From Heptranchias perlo (taxonomy: Eukaryota), in assembly GCF_035084215.1 (NCBI RefSeq), contig NC_090344.1, positions 43,338,001 to 43,402,000 on the forward strand: DNA of 64,000 nucleotides. The letters are read 5' to 3'. Shown here piece after piece: positions 30,817 to 43,300 of the stretch. The notes under the pieces are model-generated. The model saw only the letters and a program-made list of their open reading frames with translations, was not told the origin of the DNA and searched no databases. Numbering within the stretch: the first letter of the stretch is position 1; each line of letters opens with the position of its first letter. Made by a program: the position numbers and the translations under genes.

Positions 30817-33730
30817 TAATCGCTCCACCATTGGCGGCGGTGCCTTCAGCTGCCTCGGCCCTAAGCTCTGGAATTCGTTCCCGAAACCTCTCTGCCTCTC
30901 CACCTCTCTCTCCTCCTTTAAGATGCTTCTTAAAACCTATATCTTTGACCAACCTTTTGGGCACCTGTCCTAATATCTCCTGATGTGGCTCGGTGTCAAA
31001 TTTTGTTTTATATTCGCTCCTGTGAAGCGCCTTGGGGACGTTTTACGACTGTAAAGACACTACAGAAGTGCAAGTTATTGTTGTTGTTGTGGTGTCTAGG
31101 CCAATATTTATGCCTGAACCGACATCACTAAAACAGATTATCTGGTCATTATCACATTGCTGTTTGTGGGACCTTGCTATGTGTTTGGCTGCTGCATTTC
31201 CCTACATTGCAGCAGTGAATATACTTCAAAAAGTACTTCATTGGCTGTAAAGCGCTTTGGGCTGTCCTGAGGTGGTGAAAGGCGCTATATAAATGCATGT
31301 TGTTGTTATTCTGCTGGGAGCTGCAGCTGCTGAAATCTGCTGCCATTAGACTGTCGCCGTGGCAGCAAGTCCTGTAATATCACAGCCGATCTGACTTGGA
31401 AATTTAATAATCGTGGATTACTCACAAAGCTCTTTCAAACAGCACTGTACACACTGTAACCAGGAACAGAGAAGGACTCCTTATCAGGCTGCACTCACAC
31501 AGTTTCAATCAGATTCTAGTGACGAAGGCAAGTATCAAATCCAGCGAGGCAAAAGTTCAGCCCGGCTGTGGACATCGATTAATCACACAAAGGGGACCTG
31601 GCATGTTCGCCTGACGTGATATTTGTTCACCTGCCGCCCGGACAGTTGTCTGTTCATTCAGTGAAAGATAACAAAGGGTTCTTTATTTCCTTATATTTAT
31701 GGAAGGTGTACGTCAGTAAACCGATCAGCAAACTCCAGTCTCTCAGGCTCGGGATACAGGTTATGAGAAATAAGGAATTGGGAAAAAGCCATCAGCCTCA
31801 AACTAGCCCGTCCCTTTTTCATGGATCAACCCGGCCAACCCAGATTCTCAATCCCTTCTCTCTCCAGAAAGACATCTGATTGTGTCTGGAACCCATTGAT
31901 ACCTTCTGCCTCAGTCCTTCCCTGATATCCTATTCCACAATTCTATTACTCTTCCGCCTGACGTCCCTTATTACCCCTAACGTTCCTAATTTATAACTTG
32001 TGTCCCCTGGTATTTGATCCTGAACAATTTGCCTCAGTTTTGTCAGGTCTCCTCATGATCTTTAAAACTTCAATCAGGTCACCTCAAGTGTTTAGCAAAG
32101 AAAACCAGTCCAATTTCCTTAACTTTTCTCAGATCCTAACTTCCAATATCTTAGTTACTTGCCTCTGGGAGATGAGGAGAATTTTTTTTTAATGCAGTGA
32201 GTTGTTATGACCTGGAATGCACTGCCTGAAAGGGTGGCGGGAGCAGATTCAACAGTAAGGGAATTGGATATCTACTTGAAAATGAATCAATTGCAGGGCA
32301 ATCGGGAAAGAGCAGGAGAGTGGGACTAATTGGCCAGTTCTTTCAAAGAGCCGGCACAGGCACGGAGGGCCGAATGGCCTCCTTCTGTGCTGTATCATTC
32401 GATGATTCTTATCTCCCCTCTGGTTCTTTTGCCAATTATCTTAAATCTGTGTCCTCTGGTTACCGACCCTCCTGCCAGTGGAAACAGTTTCTCATTTAAT
32501 TGATTAAAACCCCTCATGATTTTGAACACCTCTATTAAATCTCCCCATAACCTTCTCTGCTCCCCAAGGAGAACAACACCAGCTTCTTTAGTCTCTCCAC
32601 GTAACTGAAGTCCCTCATCCCTGGTATTCTGGTCAATCTCCTCTGCACCCTTTCCAAGGACTTGACATCCTTCCTAAAGTGTGGTGCCCAGAATTGGACA
32701 CAATACTCCAGCTGAGGCCTAACCAGTGATTTGTGAAGGTTTTGATTTTATTGGCTGGCAGAGAGTTCAGATGAGAAGTGGGGCACTGTGCCTACCTCAC
32801 CTCTGGTCCTGGTTCCAAGGAGGTTCACATTATTCACATTGCTACTCAACCATTGCAAGGCCTGTGGTGGAAATTGGTGGGAGAAAAGGTGAAAACAGAA
32901 AAAGCTGGGTTGTCATCTCCATAACCTCCTCCAGCCCTCCAAGAACTCTGCGTTCCTCCGACTCTGACATCCCCCACTTCCTTCGCTTTACCATTGGTGG
33001 CCGTGTCTTCAGCCGTCTAGGCCCTAAGCTCTGGAATTCCTTCCCTAACCTTCTCCCTCTGTCTCCACCTTTAAGACCCTCCTTAAAACCGACCTCTTTG
33101 ACCAGCCGTATGGTCACCTATCCTAATGTCTCTCTCCTTAACCCGGTGTCAATTTTTTTGTCTGATTACGCTCCTGCGTAGCGCCTTGGGACATTTGACT
33201 ATTTTAAAGGCGCTGTCTAAATGCAGGTTGTTTGATTCCTACAGAAGGGAGTTTGATACTAAGTTCTGCTTTAAGGGGACCCTCTTCAGTTTGAATGCAG
33301 TGACGTTCCACGCTGTCCCAGTGCCACCAACACACTGAGGGCGAACGACCTGCACGTTCCTCGTCTGACAAAGGACAGTTCCATGTCACCCGATAAGATG
33401 CTTCTGTGAAATAAACCACATGGAAATGAAATCCCACAGGCACAGTGCAGTCCTGGGCACGGCTCCAATGACACTGATTCATACGTGCAGTTTGAAACAG
33501 TCACCTCTGAATGAATGAAACTGTATAAAAGGTGTCAGCAGCACCGTGCGCGTGTCCACAGAGAGGACCCATTTGTGAAGAGAAGTGGAATAGAATTCCA
33601 ATCAAGTGCTGCCTGTGTAACCAGGGCCATTGTTTGACTTTCTTTATTCTGCTGATTCTGATCAGTTCTGGCTACTCGGTGAATTCCTGTCACTCAATGC
33701 TCAGGTCTCCTGCATTACAATAAGTAGCAT

Positions 33731-34116
33731 TGTAAACAATTTTACAACACCAAGTTATAGTCCAACAATTTTTATTTGAAATCTACAAGCTTTCGGAGGC
33801 TTCCTCCTTCCTCAGGTAAATGTTCAGGAGCTCCTCGAAGCCTACGCATTTATACATATAGAACAATACATGGTGTTTACAGACTGCCCCGGCAACTGCC
33901 CGTTGCCAAGGCAATCACCGTGTTCAGACAGAGAGCTGTCACCTACAGAACCCCCGAATACACATTCAACAAAAAAACAAACAGCTCCTGAACATTTACC
34001 TGAGGAAGGAGGAAGCCTCTGAAAGCTTGTAGATTTCAAATAAAAATTGTTGGACTATAACTTGGTGTTGTAAAATTGTTTACAATTGTCAACCCCAGTC
34101 CATCACCGGCATCTCC
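33731..34116. mobile_element. Non-autonomous Penelope-type insertion with inverted pLTRs and two hammerhead motifs
   Basis: 104-bp inverted arms at 33729-33832 and 33983-34086 (one mismatch seen), a short 3' extension, and a 14-bp direct repeat ACAATAAGTAGCAT at 33717-33730 and 34117-34130. Confidence 0.85.
33994..34034 (+). ncRNA. Minimal hammerhead ribozyme motif (mirror copy on minus strand at 33781-33821)
   Basis: ATTTAC-CTGAGGA-A-GGAGG(AAG)CCTCT-GAAA-GCT-T-GTAGAT. Confidence 0.7.
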
Positions 34117-35689
34117 ACAATAAGTAGCATGGCAGTGCAAACAGCTGCAGAATATACCCTTATCCTGGGGTTATTTTTGCAGCCATTCCTTATTATTGCT
34201 CTGTGTACCATCCCACTTCTTCTCAATCAATACCAGACGGTGTCTGCTGCAGCCAAGTCGGTTAAAGTATCTCCTAATCTAACTGACGCTCACCCCCTCA
34301 CTGACTCACAGTGGTCACTGAGTTCACGGATGGACTCAGGATGTGCTAGTCAGCAATTGTGCCTGCAGCTCCCCCAGATCAGGTGGTTTTTGGTCCCAGC
34401 ACGGCGGCAGGAAGAGGGAGGGGAGCTCGGAGGCCGGGTACTGAGCAGCTGCTCGTGGAGAGGGCACGGCCAAGGCCTGACCGGGAAAGAGCAAGGAAAT
34501 GGCATTGCATTGGAATAGATAGATTCAGAGCACAGGCACAATGGACTGAATGGCCTCCTTCTGCGCTGAAATTCTTGTGATTTTATGAGACGGCCAGTTC
34601 TTTGCTCTCTCGCTGTTCAGTTATTATTCAAAGAAGGGCAGGTGGAGTTCTTCCCGGTGTCCTGCACAATATTTATCCCTCAACCAACACCTAAAACAGA
34701 TGATCTGGTCATTTATTTCATTGCTGTTTGTAGGAACTTGCTGTGTGCAAATTGGCTGCTGTGTTTTTTACATTATAGCAGTGACTACACTTCAAAAGTA
34801 CTTCACTGGTTGTAAAGCGCTTTGGGACATCTTGGGGTCCTGAAAGGCGCTATACAAATGCAAGTCTTCCTTTCTTTCTTTACACTAGATTTTATTTCCA
34901 TGCTGATTTTTGCCCTTCCTGTCCAGTTGCTGAGGGCTGGAGTCATTCTCTAATACCTCACCCACGTGGCCAATCCTTGTTGCTGTTGAAGGTATCAGAG
35001 ATGATCTGTCTTCACCTGATTTCTAGCAGGTTCACTGGATTGCGATCAGGAATCTTAACTCTTAACCCAGGAGCAGGAAGGATAATAGTAGCATTCCTAC
35101 CCAGAGCCGACTGAGAATCGAACTTGGGACTTTTCTGGTCTCTATAGCTCAGCTACTCAATGGATAAACTCACTAAATCACTGGGAAATCCCCAATAAAT
35201 ATAAAATTGTTCTCTCTCTCTCTTTATATAGAAATCCCCAAGTTTAAATGTTTAAATGGAATGCATTAGCAAATGGCAGCAGACCCATTTGAGCCCTGCA
35301 GCTCAAAACACAAGCTCTCTGTTCTGTCAGAATGACACACAAAAGAGTAGGTGAACATTATTTTAACTTTTTTAATCTAGAATAAAACAACATGAAGGAG
35401 AAATTAGTAATACAATGGATCTAAAAACCTGGGATAATGTGTTCCAGTTACGGGGATGGAATTCAGGCACAGTTATACAAAGTTTATTCACTTGGCAGTC
35501 AAAATGCACAGTTCGAGGTACAGTAAGAAAGGTCAGGATCACGCTGTCTAACAGATAACTACTGACAATCACTGTGCATCATACGTGAGGAATCGCAGCC
35601 TGTAGCTTGAGCTCTTCTCTCTTTGTACAAACGAGACCAGTTTCACAACATAATGTGTGAAGGAAACATTAATCAAGTAGATACAAGAT

Positions 35690-37066
35690 AGGGAACTATA
35701 GACCAGTTAGCTTAATGTCAGTGTTAGGAAAGACAATGGACTCTTTACTCAAAGATGTAATAGAAAAGCATCTAAAAACTGAAAATGTAATAAAGAGTAC
35801 TCAGCACAGATTTCAAAAGGGAAGGCCATGCTTGACCAACCTTATTGAATTCTTTGAAGAATTAATAGAAATAGTAGACAAGGGTAATGTAGTCGATGTA
35901 ATATATTTGGATTTTCAAAAGGCCTTCGATAAGTTACTACATAGTAAGGTCAGAGCATGTGGAGTCAGGGGACAAGCATCAGAATGAACAGCAAGTTGGC
36001 GACAGAACAGAAAACAGAGAGTAGGGGTTAAAGGTAGTTACTCAGACTGGCAAAAGATGGGAAGTTGTGTTCCACAGGGATCGGTGCTGGGACCACTGTT
36101 GTTCACAATTTACATAAACGATTTGGACTCGGGAATCGGAAGTACAATTTCAAAATTTGCGGATAACACCAAATTGGGGGGTATAGTAAATACTGAGGAA
36201 GACTGCAACAAAATACAAGAAGACATTAATAAACTTGCAGAATGGGAGTATAATTGGCAAATGAATTTCAATATAGATAAATATGAGGTGGTGCATTTTG
36301 GTAGGAAGAATAAGGAGGCGACAGACTGCTTGGTTAATAAGAGTCTAAATGGGGTAGAGGAGCAAAGGGATCAAGGGGTACAGATACACAAATCACTAAA
36401 AGTAGCAACACATGTTAATAAGGCCATTAAAAAAAGCAAACCAAGCACTGGGGTTCATTTCTACAGGGATATAATTGAAAAGCAGAGAAGTTATGTTAAA
36501 CTTGTATCGAACCTTGGTTAGACCATATGGAGTACTGTGCACAGTTCTGGTCTCCATATTATAAAAAGGATATGGAGGCATTGGAGAAGGTGCAAAAAAG
36601 ATTCACAAGGATGATACCGGAACTGAGAGGATATACTTATCAGGAAAGACTGAACAGGCTGGAGCTTTTTTCTCTAGAAAAGAGAAGGATGAGGGGTGAC
36701 CTGATCGAGGTCTTTAAGATTAAGAAGGGGTTTGATAGGATAGATGCAGAGAAGATGTTTCCACTTATGGGTGAGACCGGAACTAGCAGCCATAAATATA
36801 AGATAGTCACCAATAAATCCATTGGGGAATTCAGGAGAAATTTCTTTACCCAAAGAGTGGTAAGAATGTGGAACTTGCTACCACAAGGAGTAGGTGAGGT
36901 GAATTGCACAGATACATTTAAGGGGAAGCTAGATAAGTACATGAGGGAGAAAGGAATAGAAGGATATGTTGATAGGGTTAGATGAAGAGGGGTGGGAGGA
37001 GGCTCCTGTGGAGCATAAATGTCCAGTTGGGCCGAATGACTGTCGACTGTATGTAATTCTATGTAA
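35690..37066 (+). mobile_element. CR1 LINE, 5'-truncated, degraded RT
   Basis: NYRPVSL, YLDFQKAFDK, PQGSVLGP and FADNTK motifs with stops and frameshifts. Other CR1 3' pieces at about 16730-16962, 26375-26650, 32180-32720, 37635-38080 and 59500-59925. Confidence 0.9.
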
Positions 37067-37270
37067 TCTGATATCTCACTGCCTTTTTAAGTGTAACGAT
37101 TCCTTGTTGGTATCTCTATTGTCATGTTGTGTCCTGTCATGCAGTGCTGCCTGTTTGAGATTCTGTTTCTGAGCAGAACTGTGGTGTGGATTCATTGGAA
37201 GGGGTGACAGTGGAATGCAGGTATAACAAGCCTCTGTCTGACCAACCATACATCAGCCCTTGTTCTGAAT

Positions 37271-37384
37271 TTATTTCTTCCACTCCGCTTCCTCATTCCT
37301 GGCCTCTGACATCGGGAATTCCCACCTGTCCCTCTCAGCAGTGTAAAAATTTGTATTCGCAGCGTAGTCCTGTTGCAAAATCAC
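37271..37384 (-). CDS. SLC18A1: SLC18A1-like terminal coding exon
   Basis: tgacag|[40 protein letters not shown]; completes the KEEKM-VIL dileucine-like motif. Confidence 0.8.
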   Translation of the reverse strand: MILQQDYAANTNFYTAERDRWEFPMSEARNEEAEWKK

Positions 37385-40300
37385 CTGTCAGTAAAAGCAA
37401 AAGGATTAGCGTTTGACTCGAACACGGTATGCAATATTAGCGCACAAACACTGAACACATCATATGAAATTTACCTATCTGCTATTTTAGCAGAGGTGTT
37501 AAACCATTTAAAATAAACAGGTTAATGACTCCTTTAAAGAAGCAGACTAAGGAATTCCTTGAGAAGCGTTCATACATCAATATCTCACTCTAATTCCAAG
37601 ACTGCAGTTCAGTGGATTCTCTCCCTCTCAATTAGAACATAAGAAATAGGAGCAGGAGTAGTCCATTTGACCCCTCGAGCCTGCTCTGCCATTCAATAAG
37701 ATCATGGCTGATCTTCTATCTTAACTCCACTTTCCCGCCCTATCCCCATATCCCTTGATTCCCTTAGCATCCAAATATCCATCGATTTCAGTCTTGAACA
37801 TATTCAACGACTGAGCACCCACAGCCCTCTGGGGTAGAGGATTCCAAAGATTCACAACCCTCTAAGTGAAGAAATTTTTCCTCATCTCGGTCCTAAATGG
37901 CCGACCCCTCATCTTGAGACTATGACCTCTAGTTCTAGACTCTCCAGCCAGGGGAAACAGCATCTCAGAATCTACCTTGTCAAGCCCTCTAAGAATTTTA
38001 TATGTTTCAATGAGATCACCTGTTTTTCTTCTAAATTCCAGAGAATTATAGGCCCATTCTACTCAATCTCTCCTCACAGTACAACCCTTCTGTTCAAATC
38101 CCTCCATGGCCTTGCCCCTCCCTATCTCCGTAACCTCCACCTGCCCTACAATTCTCATCCTCATGTTCAAATCCCTCCATTGCCTCGCCCCCTCCCAATC
38201 TCTGTAACCTCCTCCATCCCTACAACCCGCTGAGATCTCTTCGTGCTTTTCCAATATTAGCCTTTCTGGCATCCCTGATGGCCGTGCCTTCAGCTGCCTT
38301 GGCCCTAAGCTCTAGAATTCCCTGCCTAAACCTCTCTGCCTCTCTCTCCACTTTTAAGGCGCTCCTTAAAAACTACCTCTTCAACCAAGCTCCAGATGGG
38401 GACTGACCTGAGCTCTCCACAGCTGTAACATAACTTCCACCCCTTTGTATTCCAGTCCTCTTGAGATAAAGAAGGACTTGTATTTGTACAGCACCTATCA
38501 CAACATTCCAAAGAGCTTTACAGCCAGTTAAATACTTTTGAATTGTAATCACGGCTGTAATGTAGGAAACACGGCAGCCAATTTGTGCACAGCAAGATCC
38601 CACAAATAGCAATGAGATAATGACCAGATAATCTGTTTTTTTAGTGATGTTGGTTGTGGGATAAATATCGGCCAGGACACGGGGTTCTTCTTCGAAATAG
38701 TCCCACTGGATCTTTTACATCCAACTGAGAGGTCCTCGGTTGAACTTCTCATCCGAAAGAGGGATGAGATGTTAAACCGAGGCCCCGTCTGCCCTTGAAT
38801 ATGCAGAGCCTGTCATCAGAAGGCAACCAAAACAAGACGTTCTATCATTTCTGCGGGAGGATGGGAGAAGTTGAGGTCAGTCCCCGTGTGAACACCAGCT
38901 GGGCTTTGACTGTCAAGACTGGTGCAACCTGCAGGCTGTACATTCACTCGAGGTGTGTTGTGCAGTTTGCTTCATTCCAAATGCCTTGAATTTTCTTTTC
39001 CTTCTTTCGAATCGCCCTGTCAGTATATTTGAGGCCTAAGGAACAGACACATCCTGTCCATCAGCTGCAGTGGTTTCATAGCTCACTGTAGTTAGAGCAG
39101 AATTGTGAATGGCTTTGGAGTTTCACTCACTCACTTGTTCTTCGCTCAACATTTGCTCACTTGCTCCTCGCTCACTTACTCCTCACTCATTCACCCTCTC
39201 CACACTAACTCATTTGTTCTCACTCATTTATTTGGTCCTCTCTCACTCAATCACTTCTTCACTCTCACCCTCCTCATTCAGCCGTGGCTCAGTGGTAGCT
39301 CTCTCGTTTCTGAGTCAGAAGGTGCTGGGTTCAAACCCCATTCCAGAGACTTGAGCACAAAATCCAGGCTGACACTCCAGTGCAGTGCTGAGGAAGTGCC
39401 GTCTATCAGATGAGATGATAAAGTGCCTTCTCAGGTGGGTGTAAAAGACCCCATGTCACCATTTCAAGAAGCGCATGGGAGTTCTCTCTGGTGCCCTGGT
39501 CAATATTTATCCCTCGACCAACATCGCTAAAAACCGAATGTCTAGTCATCTATCACGTTGCTGTTTGTGGGGCCTTGCTGTGTGCAAATTGGCTGCTGCG
39601 TTTCCAATATTACAGCAGTGACTGCACTTCAAAAAGTACTTTTTTGGTTGTAAAACATTTTGGGTCAGTCTGTCTGTCTGTCTGTCCTCACTCGCACTTA
39701 ACCTCCCTCCCTGTTCATGCTGAAGTAAATTGTCTTTATAAAATAACATCCGTTACCATTTTCTCTTCTTTGACAGGAGGATTTCTTAGGATGACACAGA
39801 GTGGAGCGTATGCCATGTTAATAGCACCAATGATGACCATTAGCCATTGGAACCCAATTGCTCTGACAATAGCTCCTCCGATTGAGGGCCCTGGATGGTA
39901 AGCAAAAATTATTAATCTTTAACATGTGACATCCACTGTTCTCAGATTAAATTAACCAGCGCAGCCTGTCTACAAAGGGCAGGAATCCCTCGATTTTCTT
40001 CGAGAACGTTAAAATAAAATAGTGGAAGTTCCTACAGTATTTGGATTTCCAGAAAGCCTTATGACAAGATCCCACAAGGAAGGCCGTTGGTTCAACTAAA
40101 ATCCATAGGATTCCATAGTATAATGTGGCATTTCATAAGAAAATTGAAAATGAAACAGGAATCCGAGAACTCGTGCGAGGTGTGATGTCAGCCTATGGAT
40201 CGAGGGAGACGCTGAGTGGAGTAATGCTGGGGTCGCTGCTTGGACTCTGGTGTTTCTACATGAATAACGAATGCAGAAATAAATTGAAAGCTTGATAAAT

Positions 40301-43300
40301 TTGCAAACAATACTGGGTACCTGGGCTTCTCCTCCCGCACTGGGAGTGCAGTAGGGACAGAGGATACAGTTAAGCGTTCCTTTCGGCCTGTTATAGAGAG
40401 TTGGGCAGGCAACCGTTTCTTGATGTTGGATGGTGGAATCGTGTGTGATTCCAAGACAACATCAGCAAGGTAATGAGTTGCACCGATGCTGGCCCTGCCT
40501 AGACGACACTTGCTGTCTTGGCTCACATACGAAGAATGAGTAAGGTACCCAGGAGTGTCAGGTGCCAGTGGAACTGACCCCCGGCAAGAGGCAATGCCTT
40601 CAGGGGAGGCAGGAGAAAACTGGGAAATAGAAGAAACCATAGAATATCATCACTGGATGGAAATGAGAAGCTGGGGGTTTGGCGCTGGGGAAATGGTTAA
40701 CACCGAGCAGCTGTGAGTTCGTTAAGTTTACAGCCCACCCCAGCACTATCATTGACCACTTTCAGAGAGAGAGGGAGAGGACTTGAATTTAAGCAAAAGC
40801 GCACCCAAGGAAACGCTGGCATCGACTCACCGATTGCAAATCCCATACAAAGCGCCACGTCAGCGATGGCGAAAACAGTTCCGTACACGGACACATGACG
40901 AATATCCACCAGGTAGCCCATTATGGGAATCATCGCTGAATCAATCATCCCTGGTCACATCAAAGGACACACTCAGAATTAAGGCTGCAACACACCCAGC
41001 AATATCTCCCTAATGTGGGATCAGATTGGAAGCAGCACCCTGTTCAGCTTGACAATAATGGAGAGCCCTTCACTGATATACACTCCCAGCCGTAAAATCA
41101 AACAGCTTTATGTACCCTCCCCGCCATGGGCTAGGTTCGATCTTTTCTCCAGGACTCTCTTTGTGGTGTCTTTGTTCAGGAGGGGGCCTGGCCCCTGGTT
41201 CAACCCTGTGCCTCTCATACTTATTGCTGGTTGATAACGTGAAACAGGCAGTGCTGAGATTCACTTTTGAATCAGTTCACTGAGCAGCTGACAACAAAAT
41301 AGGAGGTTTATTTTGGCTTTTAAAATTTTGAACATTGTTTAAAAAATCAATTCTCCCCTTCATATTCCACAAGCTGGACTCCAGCTGAAACTGTAGCAGG
41401 TCTCCAAGTTCATGAATGGGGTTTAGTAACAGGACCATTTCAAAACACTGACCTTTATTGGATCCCTTATTAAAGCTGTGTTGTGCCACAATCATTAGCA
41501 GGCAGCTCGAATCCCAGCCTCAGACTTAGGAGACTTGGCTCAAGGCCCAACCCCAATTGACACACACTTGGGTTCCCCAAAGATGAGATGTCAATCCTGG
41601 CTGAAGTGTCGGAGGAAGGTTCCTCACTGATGGGGATGAAGACTGTCATCGGGGCCCATGTCCTGGCTGCAGCTCCAAAAAAAAATAGACGTCCTCAGTG
41701 ACACCATGGCTGTTAAAGAAGGGCTCAGGCTGCCAATTCAGGAGGGCTGAGTGAGAGGACTTTGAATACAGACAGGACACATTGAAGGAAAATCCTTGCA
41801 GGATGTCAGAACAGAGAGCAATACTGTGGATGTTGGATTTAGGAGTACAGAAACAGAAGTAACTTTATCAGAAATACTGGACCCAGGGAGAGGAGAGGAG
41901 ATAGGAACAGCAGAGGAGACAGGAACGTGGGACTTGAACATGGAGTGGATTGTCTGTGCCACTGTGAGGGGTGCTGGAGGTTTCAGAGGACAGAAAAAGA
42001 TCAAATGACTTTATCACTGGTGGGTACGATTCCCATTGATTATACTCTGACCCGGCACAAGCTGCTGGTGTTTTTATTGAATGTGTCAATGTCCTCCTGT
42101 GGCATTGCTAAGTCAGAGGATAAAACAGGAGCGCGATATCATACGATGCACAATATTATTCTGTAGCCATGTGTAACTTGCTATGTCCCTTTCAGGCCAT
42201 AAAGTCGAGTTGCTGTAAACAGGACATGTGACGGTCAGTTAGAGGTTGTTCAGGAAGGAAGTTTGCAGATAGTGAGGTGCTTGTAAATTTTTGGCTCCCA
42301 GTCAACAGTAATCAGAAAGAAGTGACTTTTTGATTCTTTGAAGTATGAAGGACACAGAACTTCTGAATGGATAGCTAGCTAGCTGGCTAGATAGATGGCA
42401 GGGGGATGAAGGGTAACTGGCCCTGCCTCCTGTCTGATGCTGGTTTACAGGTGTAATCACATTTTTCTGCTACTGACCTATTGCGAGGCCTGCTCCAAAG
42501 CTTGGGACTATCAGTTCAAAAATGTTGGTTGCAAGAGGAACCTAAAGCACAAAAGGTATTTATATTAGAAACAAGAAAAACAAGCACTCAGTGGAGCTTA
42601 AAATTGTATAAAGTGTAAAGTGAAACATGCTTAAAATCAAATGCAGTGTCTCACACAGATGATACTGATCCCCAAAAGCACCATTCCGACCAGGGAGCAC
42701 AACCACCTGCAGATACAGAGAGAGCAAATGTTTAAACAAATGTACACACAGATGCTAACTGTCATGGTCGAGTATTCCTATCACTGAATCCGAGTTAACC
42801 TATACTTGCTTGGAGTAGAACCGAATGATTTCTATGAGCTGCACAAGACCATTGTCTGGAGTTTGTACCTCAGCCTTTTAAATCACTGGGGCTGTGGCAG
42901 AATGAAAGAATTGTTTAATTGTGCCTGAGCAATGATGAATATTTAGTGGCTGCCTGTATCCTATCCCGCACCAAGTCCCGCTCACCCATCTTCCCTGTGC
43001 TCGCTGACCTTCATTGGCTCCCGGTTCCCCAACGCTTCGAGCTGTTTGGTTTGGCGTGTAACCCAGTGGGTGTGAGAATCCCTACGTGGTCAGTTTTCAG
43101 TAAAATATTAAGATGCCTCCGTGGCAAAGAAGCAGAATGCAAAATGGTTAGAAAGGGTTAATTAGTTAGTAACTGAGATTGGTACAGGTGGCCTGGCCTC
43201 CTGCTGGGCCATATGTTTGCGTAGTCAGCAGGTTTGCATGGTCTTATCAATGTAGAATCTTTGATGTGATTCAAGGACTGGTCTGAATGTCTCCATGTTT

